Source: Lingula anatina (lineage: Eukaryota > Animalia > Brachiopoda). Taken from it: a DNA stretch of 64,000 nucleotides. Where the stretch lies: positions 46,816,401 to 46,880,400 of the forward strand of contig CM120641.1 in assembly GCA_051362555.1 (NCBI GenBank). The letters are read 5' to 3'. The translations under genes and the position numbers were made by a program. Below are positions 12,901 to 25,200 of the stretch, piece after piece (position 1 is the stretch's first letter; each line of letters opens with the position of its first letter). The notes beneath the pieces were generated by a model. It was not told where the DNA came from. It worked only from the letters and a program-made list of their open reading frames with translations, and made no database searches.

Positions 12901-15900
12901 TGGAAAGGTGAAATGTAGCCTGGATAGCTTTAAAATTTTTGATACATGAAAAATTAAAAAACACATTGACAAGTGATTCATTTTTAGAATTAAGCTTTAT
13001 TTCTTTCTATTTTATTTTCTTTTTTTTTACTCACCTAATAATGTACAGGTTTTGGTGGAAAAATTGTGAATTTTTAAGTTCACTAAATGGCCAATGAAGT
13101 TTCACTTGTACAAGCACTGGCAAGCCATTAGTAATTGGAGTCATTCTTGTGTTTATTTACAAATTGGCTTCAATTTAAAAGATTTATCTGAAATGTAATC
13201 GAAGACTAATTGACCAGATGTATTGAAATAGGAACTTGTCTAATTGAGTGATACATGTATAATTTACTGCTGTGACTCCGGTGTATTAAAGTTAAGCTTG
13301 CAAACATAAGACAAGTTTTAGTAGACACATTACAAGCTATGTTAATCATATTGTGTCATTTGGCAGCATGCTGTAGACAATTGGATGTAAGCCAAATGCA
13401 CTCCTGTTAGTAAATCTGCCTAGACATTCAAGTTCTGTTTTGGGTATAATTAAAGATTGTATATTCAAAATTTAATGGTACACAGATTTACCATGTGATA
13501 ATGCCATCTTAGAGTTGCAATAATGAAGAAATAACAAAAATATTGTTGATTTTCCTAATAAACCGAGAGAGTGCTTTCATTTCAGGCCAGAAGTCTGGTT
13601 TTCCATTAGAATTCTCAAGGCAGTGCAGGTAATGGAGCTTCCCCTGTTGAAAACTTGGCTTCACTCTCTGGTCTTGGAGGCTCTCACAGACGTACTGGTT
13701 GACCCCAACAACATCGACATAGAGCTTTGTCAACCTACCACACCAGTTTCAGCAACGGCAAAATCTAGTGGTGGGTTTGTGTGGTGTTGAAAGGGACCAT
13801 TCCCAGACCCTATCGTACTAACTGAGGATTTATCTATCTCCGAAGGGATTCTTGCTAAATTGCAATCAACTTAAGTGGCTTAGATGTCTGTCACCCCAAC
13901 TGAAGCTGCTAGAGGGTAATTAATTATCGTTTAAAGCAATTTTAGCAAGGAACCTCTTGGAGATGGATTGATCCTGTAAGATCGATTTAGGTATGGGAAC
14001 CCAGTCTAAGATTAGCTAAGAAATTGGCATATCTGTTAAATATTGGCTTTTCTCCCTAACCTTTATGTACTAGTTCTTCATTATCTTTATTCAGTTTTGA
14101 TATTTTGTCACAACTCTTCTCTTTTTTAATAATAATTGTTTTCAACGCTCTGTTATATTATTATTGCTTAACTGCTGGGCAGAACCCTATATTGTATCAC
14201 AAATAGTTGTTGGCTATGATCCCTGAAATTGGTGGTAATAATACTCTTATTTGTCCTCATTAAAGCTTAGATCTGTGCACAGTTACTTAGGTATTGCATG
14301 ACTACAATGCTTCAACCAACACTGTTGCCTGCAGCCATCATTTTGATCTATTATATGATGGCCAATGGATGTTGGTCAAAATGTCAGCTGCAGGCACCAC
14401 CTTAGATCAGGTGCACAGATGTAATATAAACAAAATAATTACCGATTTAATGTAAAATGTATAAATGTAACAAAAATGATTAATTAATGATATGAAATGG
14501 GAAAGGGTTGAGCTATTGGCAGGTTTGCTCAAGCTTCCTGATGTCTTACAATGAATGTTTCACAAAATTAATTTATACATACACCAAATGTGGTGGTGAC
14601 CCACAGACCTGGCCGAATACAATCTAAGAAGGCAGTCTGAGCACTGAAATTAATAGTTCATATGAAGTGGTGACAAAATAATATTTAATTTAAAAATAAG
14701 ATTTCTATGAGAATTATTATAATTTTCACACACAAAAAACATATTTCTCTGCTAACCAGCTGCATGTAAGAAACCTTGCCAGCTAACTGTTAGTTTGCCT
14801 GTTTATACTACGTGGCATGTGAACAAAATATTAACGTATCAAAGGTAAGTGACTATTTGAAGTACAGATGACAAAGAAATTGCACAATTCGTTGACGCTA
14901 ATGACAACAGATGGAACAGAAACTACTACAAAATCCTTTTAATTGACTTAAAGCCCTACATTAAAAATATCTTCAAAAGAAAACTAAAATACATCAGCAT
15001 CCTTGGAGACATGGTTGGTAACATGCTTGGTGCTGTTTATGTTTCAGCTGTGGGTGTTGTCACAGTGGTACTCAGTGGTGGACAGATATGCAGGGCTTCA
15101 ACCAGTGTCTTTAACTTACCAGGTAATGGCAAGCTGTCAGATATGGTCAGTCTGCTAGGTAGGGTTAACCTACCAGATGAAGTCAACTTATGTGGTATTG
15201 CCAAGCTATTAGATAAGGTCAACTTACCAGGAAAGGTCAACCCATCAGATGAGTTAAATCCACCCAGTAAGGTCAACCCACCAGATAAGTTAAACCTATC
15301 AGGTAAGGTCAACCCATCAGATAAGTTAAACCTATCAGGTAAGGTCAACCCATCAGATAAGTTAAGCCTACCAGGTGAGATCAACCTATCAGATAAGTTA
15401 AGCCTACCAGGTGAGATCAACCTATCAGATAGGGACAAAGTACCAGATAAGTTCAACTTCCAAGGTCAGATCAACCTCTTGGTAAAGGACAATGTACCAA
15501 GGAAGGTCAATCAACCACATAAGGTCAACCAGGTAGATAAGTTCAGTATACCAGGTAAGTTCAACCTACAAGGCCAGGTCAATCTCTCTGATAAGGTCAA
15601 CATAATGGGTAATGTCAACCCGTCTGATAAGGTCAGCCACCTAGATCAGGTCAACCTATGAGATAAAATCAACTTGTAGGGTCAGGTCAACCTGTAAGAT
15701 AAGGTCAACCTAAAAAACAGGTGTGTTGCAGTTTATTTTATAATTTTCCAGTACAGTATGTTTTATACTAGATTCACCTGTCTTTGACATGTAACATAAT
15801 ATAATATATAATATGGGACTTCCTCCTAATTGAATCTGTTTGAAAAGAAATGAAGGAATAATAAGATGCTTTTGGAGAATTATTTTACTTTGGACTTTTC

Positions 15901-18900
15901 TTTCTTTGCAAAATGTATTAGGGAAATATTTAAATTATGCATGCAATGATAAAATTTTGGTAAAAAAGTTTATGAATTGGAGTAAAATGTTATATTGTTC
16001 CTCTCAGATGCTGTCCATTACTGTGTGGTCCAGCTGGGAGACCAGAAGAAGTACACAGTCAATGTGAAGGGAGAAGCCTCTTGGCAGAGTATGCTCTCCT
16101 TCTTGGTTCATAACCCTAAACATGACAAGGTAGTACAAAGTTTTACTGAGGAGATACTTGTTTTAGTTTTAGGAGATATTTGATGTAACATTGATATATG
16201 CCACTCTCTTGTGGCTTATTTGTTCTTAGAAAGTGCACTGTATTTTCAGTAAATAACAAAATGCCCATTTATTTCTTTAAATCGATTTTTGAATGTAAGC
16301 AGTTATGTGTGTTTTCACTTATTTATTTTTTTTGCAGATTTTTATTAAATTGAAATGTAGAAAACTACTTCATTCATCCACAATGGCACAGTTTGAAGTT
16401 CCTCTGAAATCTTACAAATTGGAGAAACATGGAAAGTAAGTGAAGTAATCATCAAAGTTTTGCTTGATCATTTACGAAATACCTTTTTTCATTTCTTTGT
16501 ATAATGTGCATTTTATTTTTTGTTTGTTGCAAATATACGTGTTATCACTAAGACAGTAAATATATTAGAAAAAGTTTGAATATGCTGATGTTGCCATGTA
16601 CAGTAGACCTTTTGATTACGCACTGTGAGCTCTAATCATGACTAATAATGATAATTCATAACAACAATTTTAAATATATTTCAACTCATTTCAATGTCAA
16701 ACAATCTTATGATTTTTTTGTCCTTTGACACTTCCAAGTTATAAAGTTGACCTGGATAAGAAGACTTTGTTAGCACTGAAAGGAGCTGTGAAGTTGGAGA
16801 TGCACATGACGTACACGCCTCTGCCTCGTGTTGAACTAGAGGCTCCTCTGTCTGAGCAAGGAGATGAGGAAAAGTGTACGCCTTTACTAACATTTTTATT
16901 TATTATATACTTCCTAAGACAATGAGGCATGTGGTTTTCCACAGAGTTACATACCATGAAATTGATAATTGTCTTTATCAGCAAGTCATTTTTATAACCA
17001 ATGGCATCTGAAATTTGCCCCAATGAAAAATTGATTAAAAAAATAAACATATTTCTGAATCAAATGATGTAATTTTTGGACATAAAAAAGGATGTCAGGA
17101 TTCAGTATTTGTTACTTTGATTGAATCATACCTTAATGACTAAATCACATACAGAATAATCTCTCGAGGCAAATTTTACATATTTACATCAAGTGATCCC
17201 TATTTTTCAGCTTGCAATGCAGGAGTACTTTATGTCCATGTCCATGGTGCGGAGGAGTTAAGTTCAAAGTTTAAAGACTCAGTCAGCCCATACTGTGTTG
17301 TGGTGGTGAACAGAAGACGGGTAAACACAGTATTTTTCTTATTATGTCATATACATGATGTGAATCATGGTAATGTAACAGTGACATTTTACAGATTAAT
17401 TTCATTGTTAAAAGGTACAGTCATATAATGTTTTGGGTGTTTCTAAAGAGCAGTATACATGATGGATCTATAATATAGTATAAACATTTATTAAATATCT
17501 TTAAAAATGAAGCTCTGTTTCAATGAAAAATTAATTGTGTCCGGAAAATTTGCTCTATTCCTGCTAGGTGAAGACCTCTCTGCCAGAAGCTCTGAGTAAA
17601 AATCCAAAGTGGGATTGCTTTGCAGAATTTTTTGTAGCAGACTACTCCAAGGTAGATATTAAACATGATTTTGTCTGCTTCAAATTGGAAATCCAATTTT
17701 TTCTTGGCAGGTTTTCTGACTTAAGTGCCCCTGGATGGTTGCCCATATAATACAGTGCTATTTCCTCCTGCTGTTTTCTAACAGCACAAAGTCATGTCTG
17801 ATATATATATATATATATATCAGCATTGATATATATATTAGACTAAAATTAACTAGACTACCTTGATTTACTTTTATTTATGTGTCAAACTGTTCTTTGA
17901 TTATTCACAGTAAGATATTCAAAATTCTAGATTTAAAGTGTGCTTGATCAGAAATGAGAAAGTTTTATGACTTTTATGAATGAAAGAATTGAAGTGATTT
18001 TCTTTGAAAAAGGGAATATGAACATCATACAGGGATTGGCGAGTATATAAAAATAGTCAAAATATTTTTAAAATACAATCATTTTCCCCCTTTTTTTTCC
18101 TTAGGTTCCTGTTTCTGTACTTGTTATAGACCAGAGCAAGAAGTCAGATATGGAGGAAGAATTGCTGGGATGTGCAGTGATAACACTGAATGAGGTCGGC
18201 TTATACTCATGAACGTCTTTTATTTTACAAGAGATATTGTTAGGATTTTAAGCAGTAGTTTACATTAATTTTTGGCTTTCCTGGTGGAGATAAATTTTTT
18301 TCTGTAGTGATAGGGAGAGGAAACGTGGGGATTACCAAAAGAGCTAAACTAATGTACCAGAAAATTGAAATATTTGTTTATAAACTTATGTTTCAGAAAA
18401 AATCTTATGAGCCACTGATGTGTTTCTTTAATCATTCCTCTCTCTCAGGGAGAAATAAGGAAAGTGAGGCAGAAAATTCCACTGAAAGCAGGACCACAGT
18501 GCACTGCCCCTAACACCTCAGGGTCCATTACTGTCTCCTTGTTGTTCAGACCCATCGCCTCTGTGGCACATTCTGGTGAGAACTGCTACGATGTGAATAA
18601 GTCCTTTAATCATCCTCTTCTTTGTCTAACTGTTCATGTCCTTAAGGTTAAATTGTATATTATCAAGGAAGTCATTGATATATTATCAAGGAAGTCATTG
18701 AATGAATTCTGTTAAAATGATATTTTGTTGATCGTGAACTGATATATGTATATGGACTGATTTTTTTCTTTCAGAATCTAGTGACTGTCATCATGTCCAC
18801 TATCCTGACAACAATGTCATTGCTAAACGACGATCTAATTCTACATCAGCTGTAAGTTTTTTCTTGATGTAATCTTACATCATTGACTTATTTCAGTAAA

Positions 18901-21900
18901 TTTCTTCTAGAAAGTTGGATGATAAATGTATCATATTTACCAAATATTTTGACATGAATGTGTACATTAACTGGAACTTTGAATAGAAATCTGAAAAACA
19001 TCAAACTTATCATTGATAGAGACATATAACTTATTTGTTAAGACTAATCTTAATTTAAAGCAGCAGGGGATACATAGTTTGGGGTATAGTTAGTGAAAAC
19101 TTGGGTACAAATGGTATTACGGTAGAAGTGCTACTTTTAGTGGAGATGTGCATTGCTGTTCATCTCAGAAGTGATAGTTTCAGTGCTTTATGATCATTTT
19201 GTTTTGCATGCAGCTTTGAAGCATACAAGCACAGGTTGATGAATAAACTTTAGGAAAAAATGAAAGATCTTGATCACGAGTGTCAGTTTGACTGCTATAT
19301 TGAAATTTGAAATAATTTCATAACTTACTTCAAATATTACCTAAACTTTCATAATAATCTATGAACTCTTTCAAGATGAATAATTTGAGTAGTGTGTAGG
19401 TTGGCAGCACACTTACAATGTTAGCTTGTTGCTTGGCTACAGATGGCCAGATGTGGCTTCTGCTTTAAAGTTGCAGGATTTAGTTCCTAAGCTGCTCAGG
19501 AGAAAATGGAAGACATATAGCGACAAGGTATCCTTAGGTCGGACACTAACTGGAGAATGGCATGCTGAGTTAATTGATGATTGTAGTTGCACACTAATAT
19601 TAGTGAACACAGTAGTGTAGTAATGGGGCACGATAAGTTTACGAAGAAGAACCTTTACCATGAAAAACACACACACACACACAAGACAATTTATTCTAAA
19701 GCACATAGCGTGAACACATCTGTAGGCATAAGCCCAGAACAGACCTACTACTGAGGAATAATGTTTTAATTTTTGTTTTAATTTATTTTTATTTGGGGGG
19801 GGGGGGGGGGGGCAAAATTCAGTAAATCAATTAACTACTATAAATGTATTATACTCATAAAAGCTTAGCCATATGCATAAATGGTACATACTTGCACGGC
19901 CCCAAGCATATTCAACACCAGTCCAAAATAAAGCCAGATCCTCCTTCCCCCTCTCCTCCCTTTATCACATGGAAATAACTGGGACTATCACCTTCATTAC
20001 ATGGATATTACTGGGAATATCATCTCTGCACATGTACCCTTCAACAGGGTCTTCTGCCTTCTTAGATCAAAGGTGGCTGATCACAGTATTTATGGCTTCA
20101 TACCCAGCTCCAAAAACACCAGGATTGGAAAAAAGGGGATCTGGCTTAAAATTAGGTTGCTTCATGACATATTTATGCATTTTCAAAGAATGATAACAAA
20201 TTGTGCAAATTGTCAATCACTCTTAACACTTGGTATGTGACTGCAAATTCACTGTTTCAGGTCATTTCTTTGCATGTCATATTTCTTTTCTAGTTTTTGG
20301 TGCAGGGTGTTCGCAGGGTTGGCAAGGTATCTGTGCAATCTCTTCTCTGCTCTTAGCATGGCTTCCATGTTGCTTTTTGGGAAGAAGAATGTCACTAAGG
20401 TGCATGTTGGACCTTTTTTATTCACTGCATTTTTCTGTTTGCCTAGCTAATGGTGAATAAACCAGCTGAAGATTAATTTTAAAGTAGAATTTTGCATTTA
20501 TTATTGAGATGAGGAGCACATTTAAGAGAAATCATGTTCTTTTAAGCATGATTTTTAGAAGTAGAAATTCAGTTTATTTCTTGAACTATAACGTAGTGAT
20601 TCACTCAAAACATTGTCAGATGGGCTTCATTATTTTATCAGAAATGTTTTCTTTATAGATTAAACTAGGTCTGCTACCCCTTTTGATTTCAGTATTATCT
20701 TTGAATATGGCATGATAGATGTTTAAATCTAAAAATAATAAGAGTATTAGCTAAGACTACTATGTTAAGACTACTAATTATTCACTTAGTCCATATACAG
20801 TTAATAACAATATGAATGTGTTTTGAGCAGTAATAAATTGAGCAAAATAAAGTTATAGATTTTTCTTCAGTATCGCACTGAATCAAATGCACCTTATCTT
20901 TGGTTTGAATTAATATATGAACCTGTAATATATTCCGGTATTGCTTTCTCATCCTGTTTTGATGTGTTTGTGTTTTATCTTTCCTCCTCCAGCTGTTACA
21001 TATGAATGCCCGTCACAGAGAGATCCAGGAGTTCACCCTGACCCACAGTAGGTGCTTGACTCATTTTCTAGGGGCCTTTCACAATGAATCTATCGTACCA
21101 GCTACTGTGCAGTAATCCCATGGGGACTCTTGCTGAATGCAGTTGGACTAACATGCCTCCTCTTGTTTCCAACATACTCATATAATCACCAGCTTTTTTT
21201 TATTCTACTCAACATCAAGAGGAGGCATTTGTTAGTCTGTTAATCTAATTGCATTCTGTGAGAGCCCCCGCAGAGTTAGTGCACGATAGCTATTGCAACC
21301 CAACTTCTTCTGAACAGTCCCTAAGCCTCAATATTATGTCTCAGGCCACCCTTGGTTAATATTTTGTTTTACTGGCAAACAATGATTTAAAACACAAAAG
21401 CCATAAAGGGGAAATTCACAAAATGTTTAGTATCAAAATGATAATTGCAATGTAAATAAAAAAAAATTTTCAGCAAAATCTTTCTCCACATAGATAGCCG
21501 TTGTCGTGCTTGGTAATGAGCTCCTGATGCTGTTTTGATTTTATTTTGAACACTCCAAATTGCAATCTTGAAAATATTTGCCAGTAGAACATTAAATTTG
21601 TGGAGGGTGGCCCAAGTCGTATCTTGCTATCAGTACTTCTTCACTAACCTGTTAAGGTAAATCATAAACTAAGCACCTGTTATCTCTCATTTTCTATATG
21701 TTTATATATATCATAAAACTTATATCTGATTATACCATGAGAGTGTGAAGTATCAACATTTACTCCTTGTTGGGCAAAGTTAACTGTGATAAGGATTCTT
21801 TGTATTTTTCTGCCATAATTAGAAGGTATATGATACCAGGTACTTCAGAAGAACTGTTGTGTATGTCTTGTTCTGTCTCAGGTCTTAGGTATGGCCTGGT

Positions 21901-22202
21901 GGAGCTGCACCTGATTCAAGGCAAAAATTTGATGGCCATGGACATGAATGGTAAGGTGTTGTGTTTGGAGTTGCATAATTTTTTATTACTGTGAATGTCT
22001 TTTTTAATAAGGAGTCTTTTACATTATAGATGAGAATCAAGTGAAATTTATATTTTACAGCTGGTTTTATATGTCAAATGATGAAAGTTTTAACTTTTAA
22101 AATGTATATCCTTATATTAATGTATATCCTTATATCTTGTTTAAATAATTTAGTCAAATGAGCCTGCAAATGTTTTTTCATATCATTTAGTGCTCAATAA
22201 AC

Positions 22203-22258
<56 letters not shown>

Positions 22259-25200
22259 TGAGTGGTAAATAATACAAGCTGAGACTGGCTGCTGATGTGA
22301 ACAGAGAAAACACAGTTGTTGATTGTGCCTATGCTGTTTCACTGGAATATTGAGCAGTTAAACCTTTATATCAGTCATTTTATGGAAAGATAAGAGAAGT
22401 AGAAAAATCTATTCTAATCATTCCACTCCACTTGTCTTATCTTTGCGCAATAGATGAGATAAGACAAATGATTCAGAAGTGGGAAGAGCTATTGGATACG
22501 TAGTTAATTGTAGGACACACTTAACAAAATTAAACTTGTTTAGTGTGTCCATAGTTTATATAATATAGATATAGTTGTGTGGAGGGAGCAGTTAATAAGA
22601 GCACATTTCCATTGAGCAGGCTCCAGTGATCCATTCATAGAGATCAAGGTGAATGGTGTGAGGAAGTTCAAGTCCAAGGTGAAGAAGAACACTTTGAACC
22701 CAGTGTGGAATGAGATGGTCACACTGCAGCTGCCAAAATGTGACGAATACATGGACATTGTAAGTATACTCAATGCTTATGATTTAAATAAAACTTTAGA
22801 GCATTGATAATTAGAGGTAAGCATATAATATTGAAATTGGACGTTTCTTTTATATATGCAGTACTGATGTAAACGATACACTACATAAGACCCCATTCAG
22901 GCAGACACATTGGACTAGTTGGGTCGGTCCAGCTCTGCTGGGGATTCTCGCTAAGTGCGATTGGTAGAATCAGCTTAATTGTGTGACAGCTAGACCTCCT
23001 TGAGCGGTTAGGGGTAATTATTAAGGCACATGACAGTTAATAACCACCTAGCTGCTCAAGGAGGCATGTCATTCAGTTAAGTTGATTGCACTTAGTGAGA
23101 TCCCACGCAGAGTTGAATCGACCCAACTAGTGCGATGTGTTTATGTGAATGCTCCCCTATGTTATATTATATTATATACACGCATCTTGACTGCAGTCAA
23201 CCATGGATATTATGTTATTTGTGGTTATCTTACATTGAGAGGAATCAATATTTCAATATTTCTCCATCTAATCTTCTAAAAGATAAAAGAAAAAATACAT
23301 AACCAATTATATGGGCAGTGTTAGACTAGTTGATAAACATGTTATCTGAATTTCTTTCTTCTGCAGATAGTTTGGGACAAGGACCCATTTGGTCAGGACT
23401 TTTTAGGATCAGTCACTTTTACTGCAGACGAGTTGAAGCAACATGGATGCAAGGTAGTATCATGCTTTTTTCTATCAGCTTCTGATCATATTTATCTTAT
23501 CAGTAGCAAATACCTATGTTTTAAGAAAAAGAAGCATGTGGAAGAAGTTTGGGTTGGTGTATATTAGACAGATTTCAGCTCTGGATTTTAGTTAAAAATG
23601 ATAAAGTCTTCAAAATTATACTGATACCTGGTAATCAAATTACAGCCTGATAGATAGAGTTAGTATATAAAGATAGCATATTTTACTGCCTGGATGCTAG
23701 CATATATATAAACATACAAACATATAAACTGTACCAAAACATTGGTAACTGTATTTTAGGCTGAACCAGAATGGTACACTCTTCATGGTGTTAAACATGG
23801 TCAGATTGAAATGGAGGTGAAACCCTCTGTAGTAGAAGATGGACAGACACAGGTACATGTATTACTGTTTTAATGCTTTGAGAAACAATAGGCTTTCTTG
23901 CTGTCTAAGATATACTTTCATGCAAAAATTAGTTTTCTACAAGTACATGTAGAATTTTGTGATCTTGGCTTACACTAGCAGTATCAATCTGTTGGTCTGG
24001 GCTTACTGTAGTGACTTAATAATTTTTGTCATTTTGAAAGGCATTTCACTTTGGTTGAAGAATGTAAGTGAAAGGCATATGATGAGTTTTTCCAAGTATC
24101 AAAAAAAAAAAAAATGGTGAAAATGGGTCAATTGATACTTCAACAATGTTATCAAATATCCAGCAATTCACTACAATCAGAGACCAACTGAGTTACTGAT
24201 TGTCACCAGACACTGTTGTAATTAACTAGGACAGAAAGAAGATAAAACTAGAACTATTTCTCTTTCATTTCTATTGTTATAAAATTGCGTCCTGTAAATG
24301 AAAGAGGTGAAAGATACAAACTTACAATCATTTTGCATTGTGAGTCATTTCGTGGACTTGTGTATTGATGCATGTGTTTAAAAAGGATTTTTTTTTAACT
24401 TTTCAGTTGTTTTATTTTATATTTTTATACTTCTCATTGCAGACTTCCCATAAACAAGAAGATTCTACAGATCAACTTGACAAATTATCGGAAGATAAAG
24501 TGACGTCTCCCACACCCCAAGACAACACCGAACTGGGTGAAAATACAACTACTTCCCGCCAAACATCCCAGGACAGTAATGAAGTGTTTATAAATAAAAC
24601 TATTCAAGAGGAGCAGGAGGAGGCTCAGACAGAGTCTTGTGGTAAAACAGAACAAGAACATGTGTTGTTTAATTTAGATGACTGTTTATATGAGGAGCCA
24701 CCAGCAGGGAGGTCCACCCCAAAGGAGGACATGCCTGAGGATTTCTCCACTCCTTCAGAAATTAAAAATGGAGAGCTAAACACAAGCACTGTCTCCCAAA
24801 TAGTCTATGACTCCACCACGCAGTCTTCACTTAGCCAAAAACCAAAGATAACTAGTCAGCAAGAAGCAGATACTCCTAATATACACACAAACTGCCCCTT
24901 ATTACAAAGAGGGACAGACCTCAATGCACAGATGCCTATCTCAAATGTTTACAGACGAGGAAATGGTTCGGTATTCACAGTTGCCAAACAAATTATGAAA
25001 CAAAGAGAAACTGAAAGGCATGCCTTAGGGAAAAATCGAGACAATATTGAAATGAAAGTTTCACCACATTTAGATGCCAAGTTTTCTGATGATGAAACAA
25101 TACTGAGAGAACAAAGAAGTATGGATGATGAAGGAATTAATTTGTCTGGAGAAGCATCTCCCAGATGTATAAGATCTGAGTCAAGCAGCAATTCCCACTT

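Noticed and set aside
15037-15456. 139-aa antisense ORF over the 18-bp array
   Set aside because: By-product of a triplet-periodic repeat; no independent gene signals
16720-16738. TCCTTTGAC branch-like motif before an AAG acceptor
   Set aside because: The upstream donor is canonical GTAAGT, so this is an ordinary U2 intron
19426-19540. Exon-like segment ending in AAG|GTATCCTT, a perfect U12 donor, inside an E-Syt-like intron
   Set aside because: No acceptor gives the phase 0 needed after exon 18775-18851, no U12 branch site precedes the next exon, and the gene reads through without it
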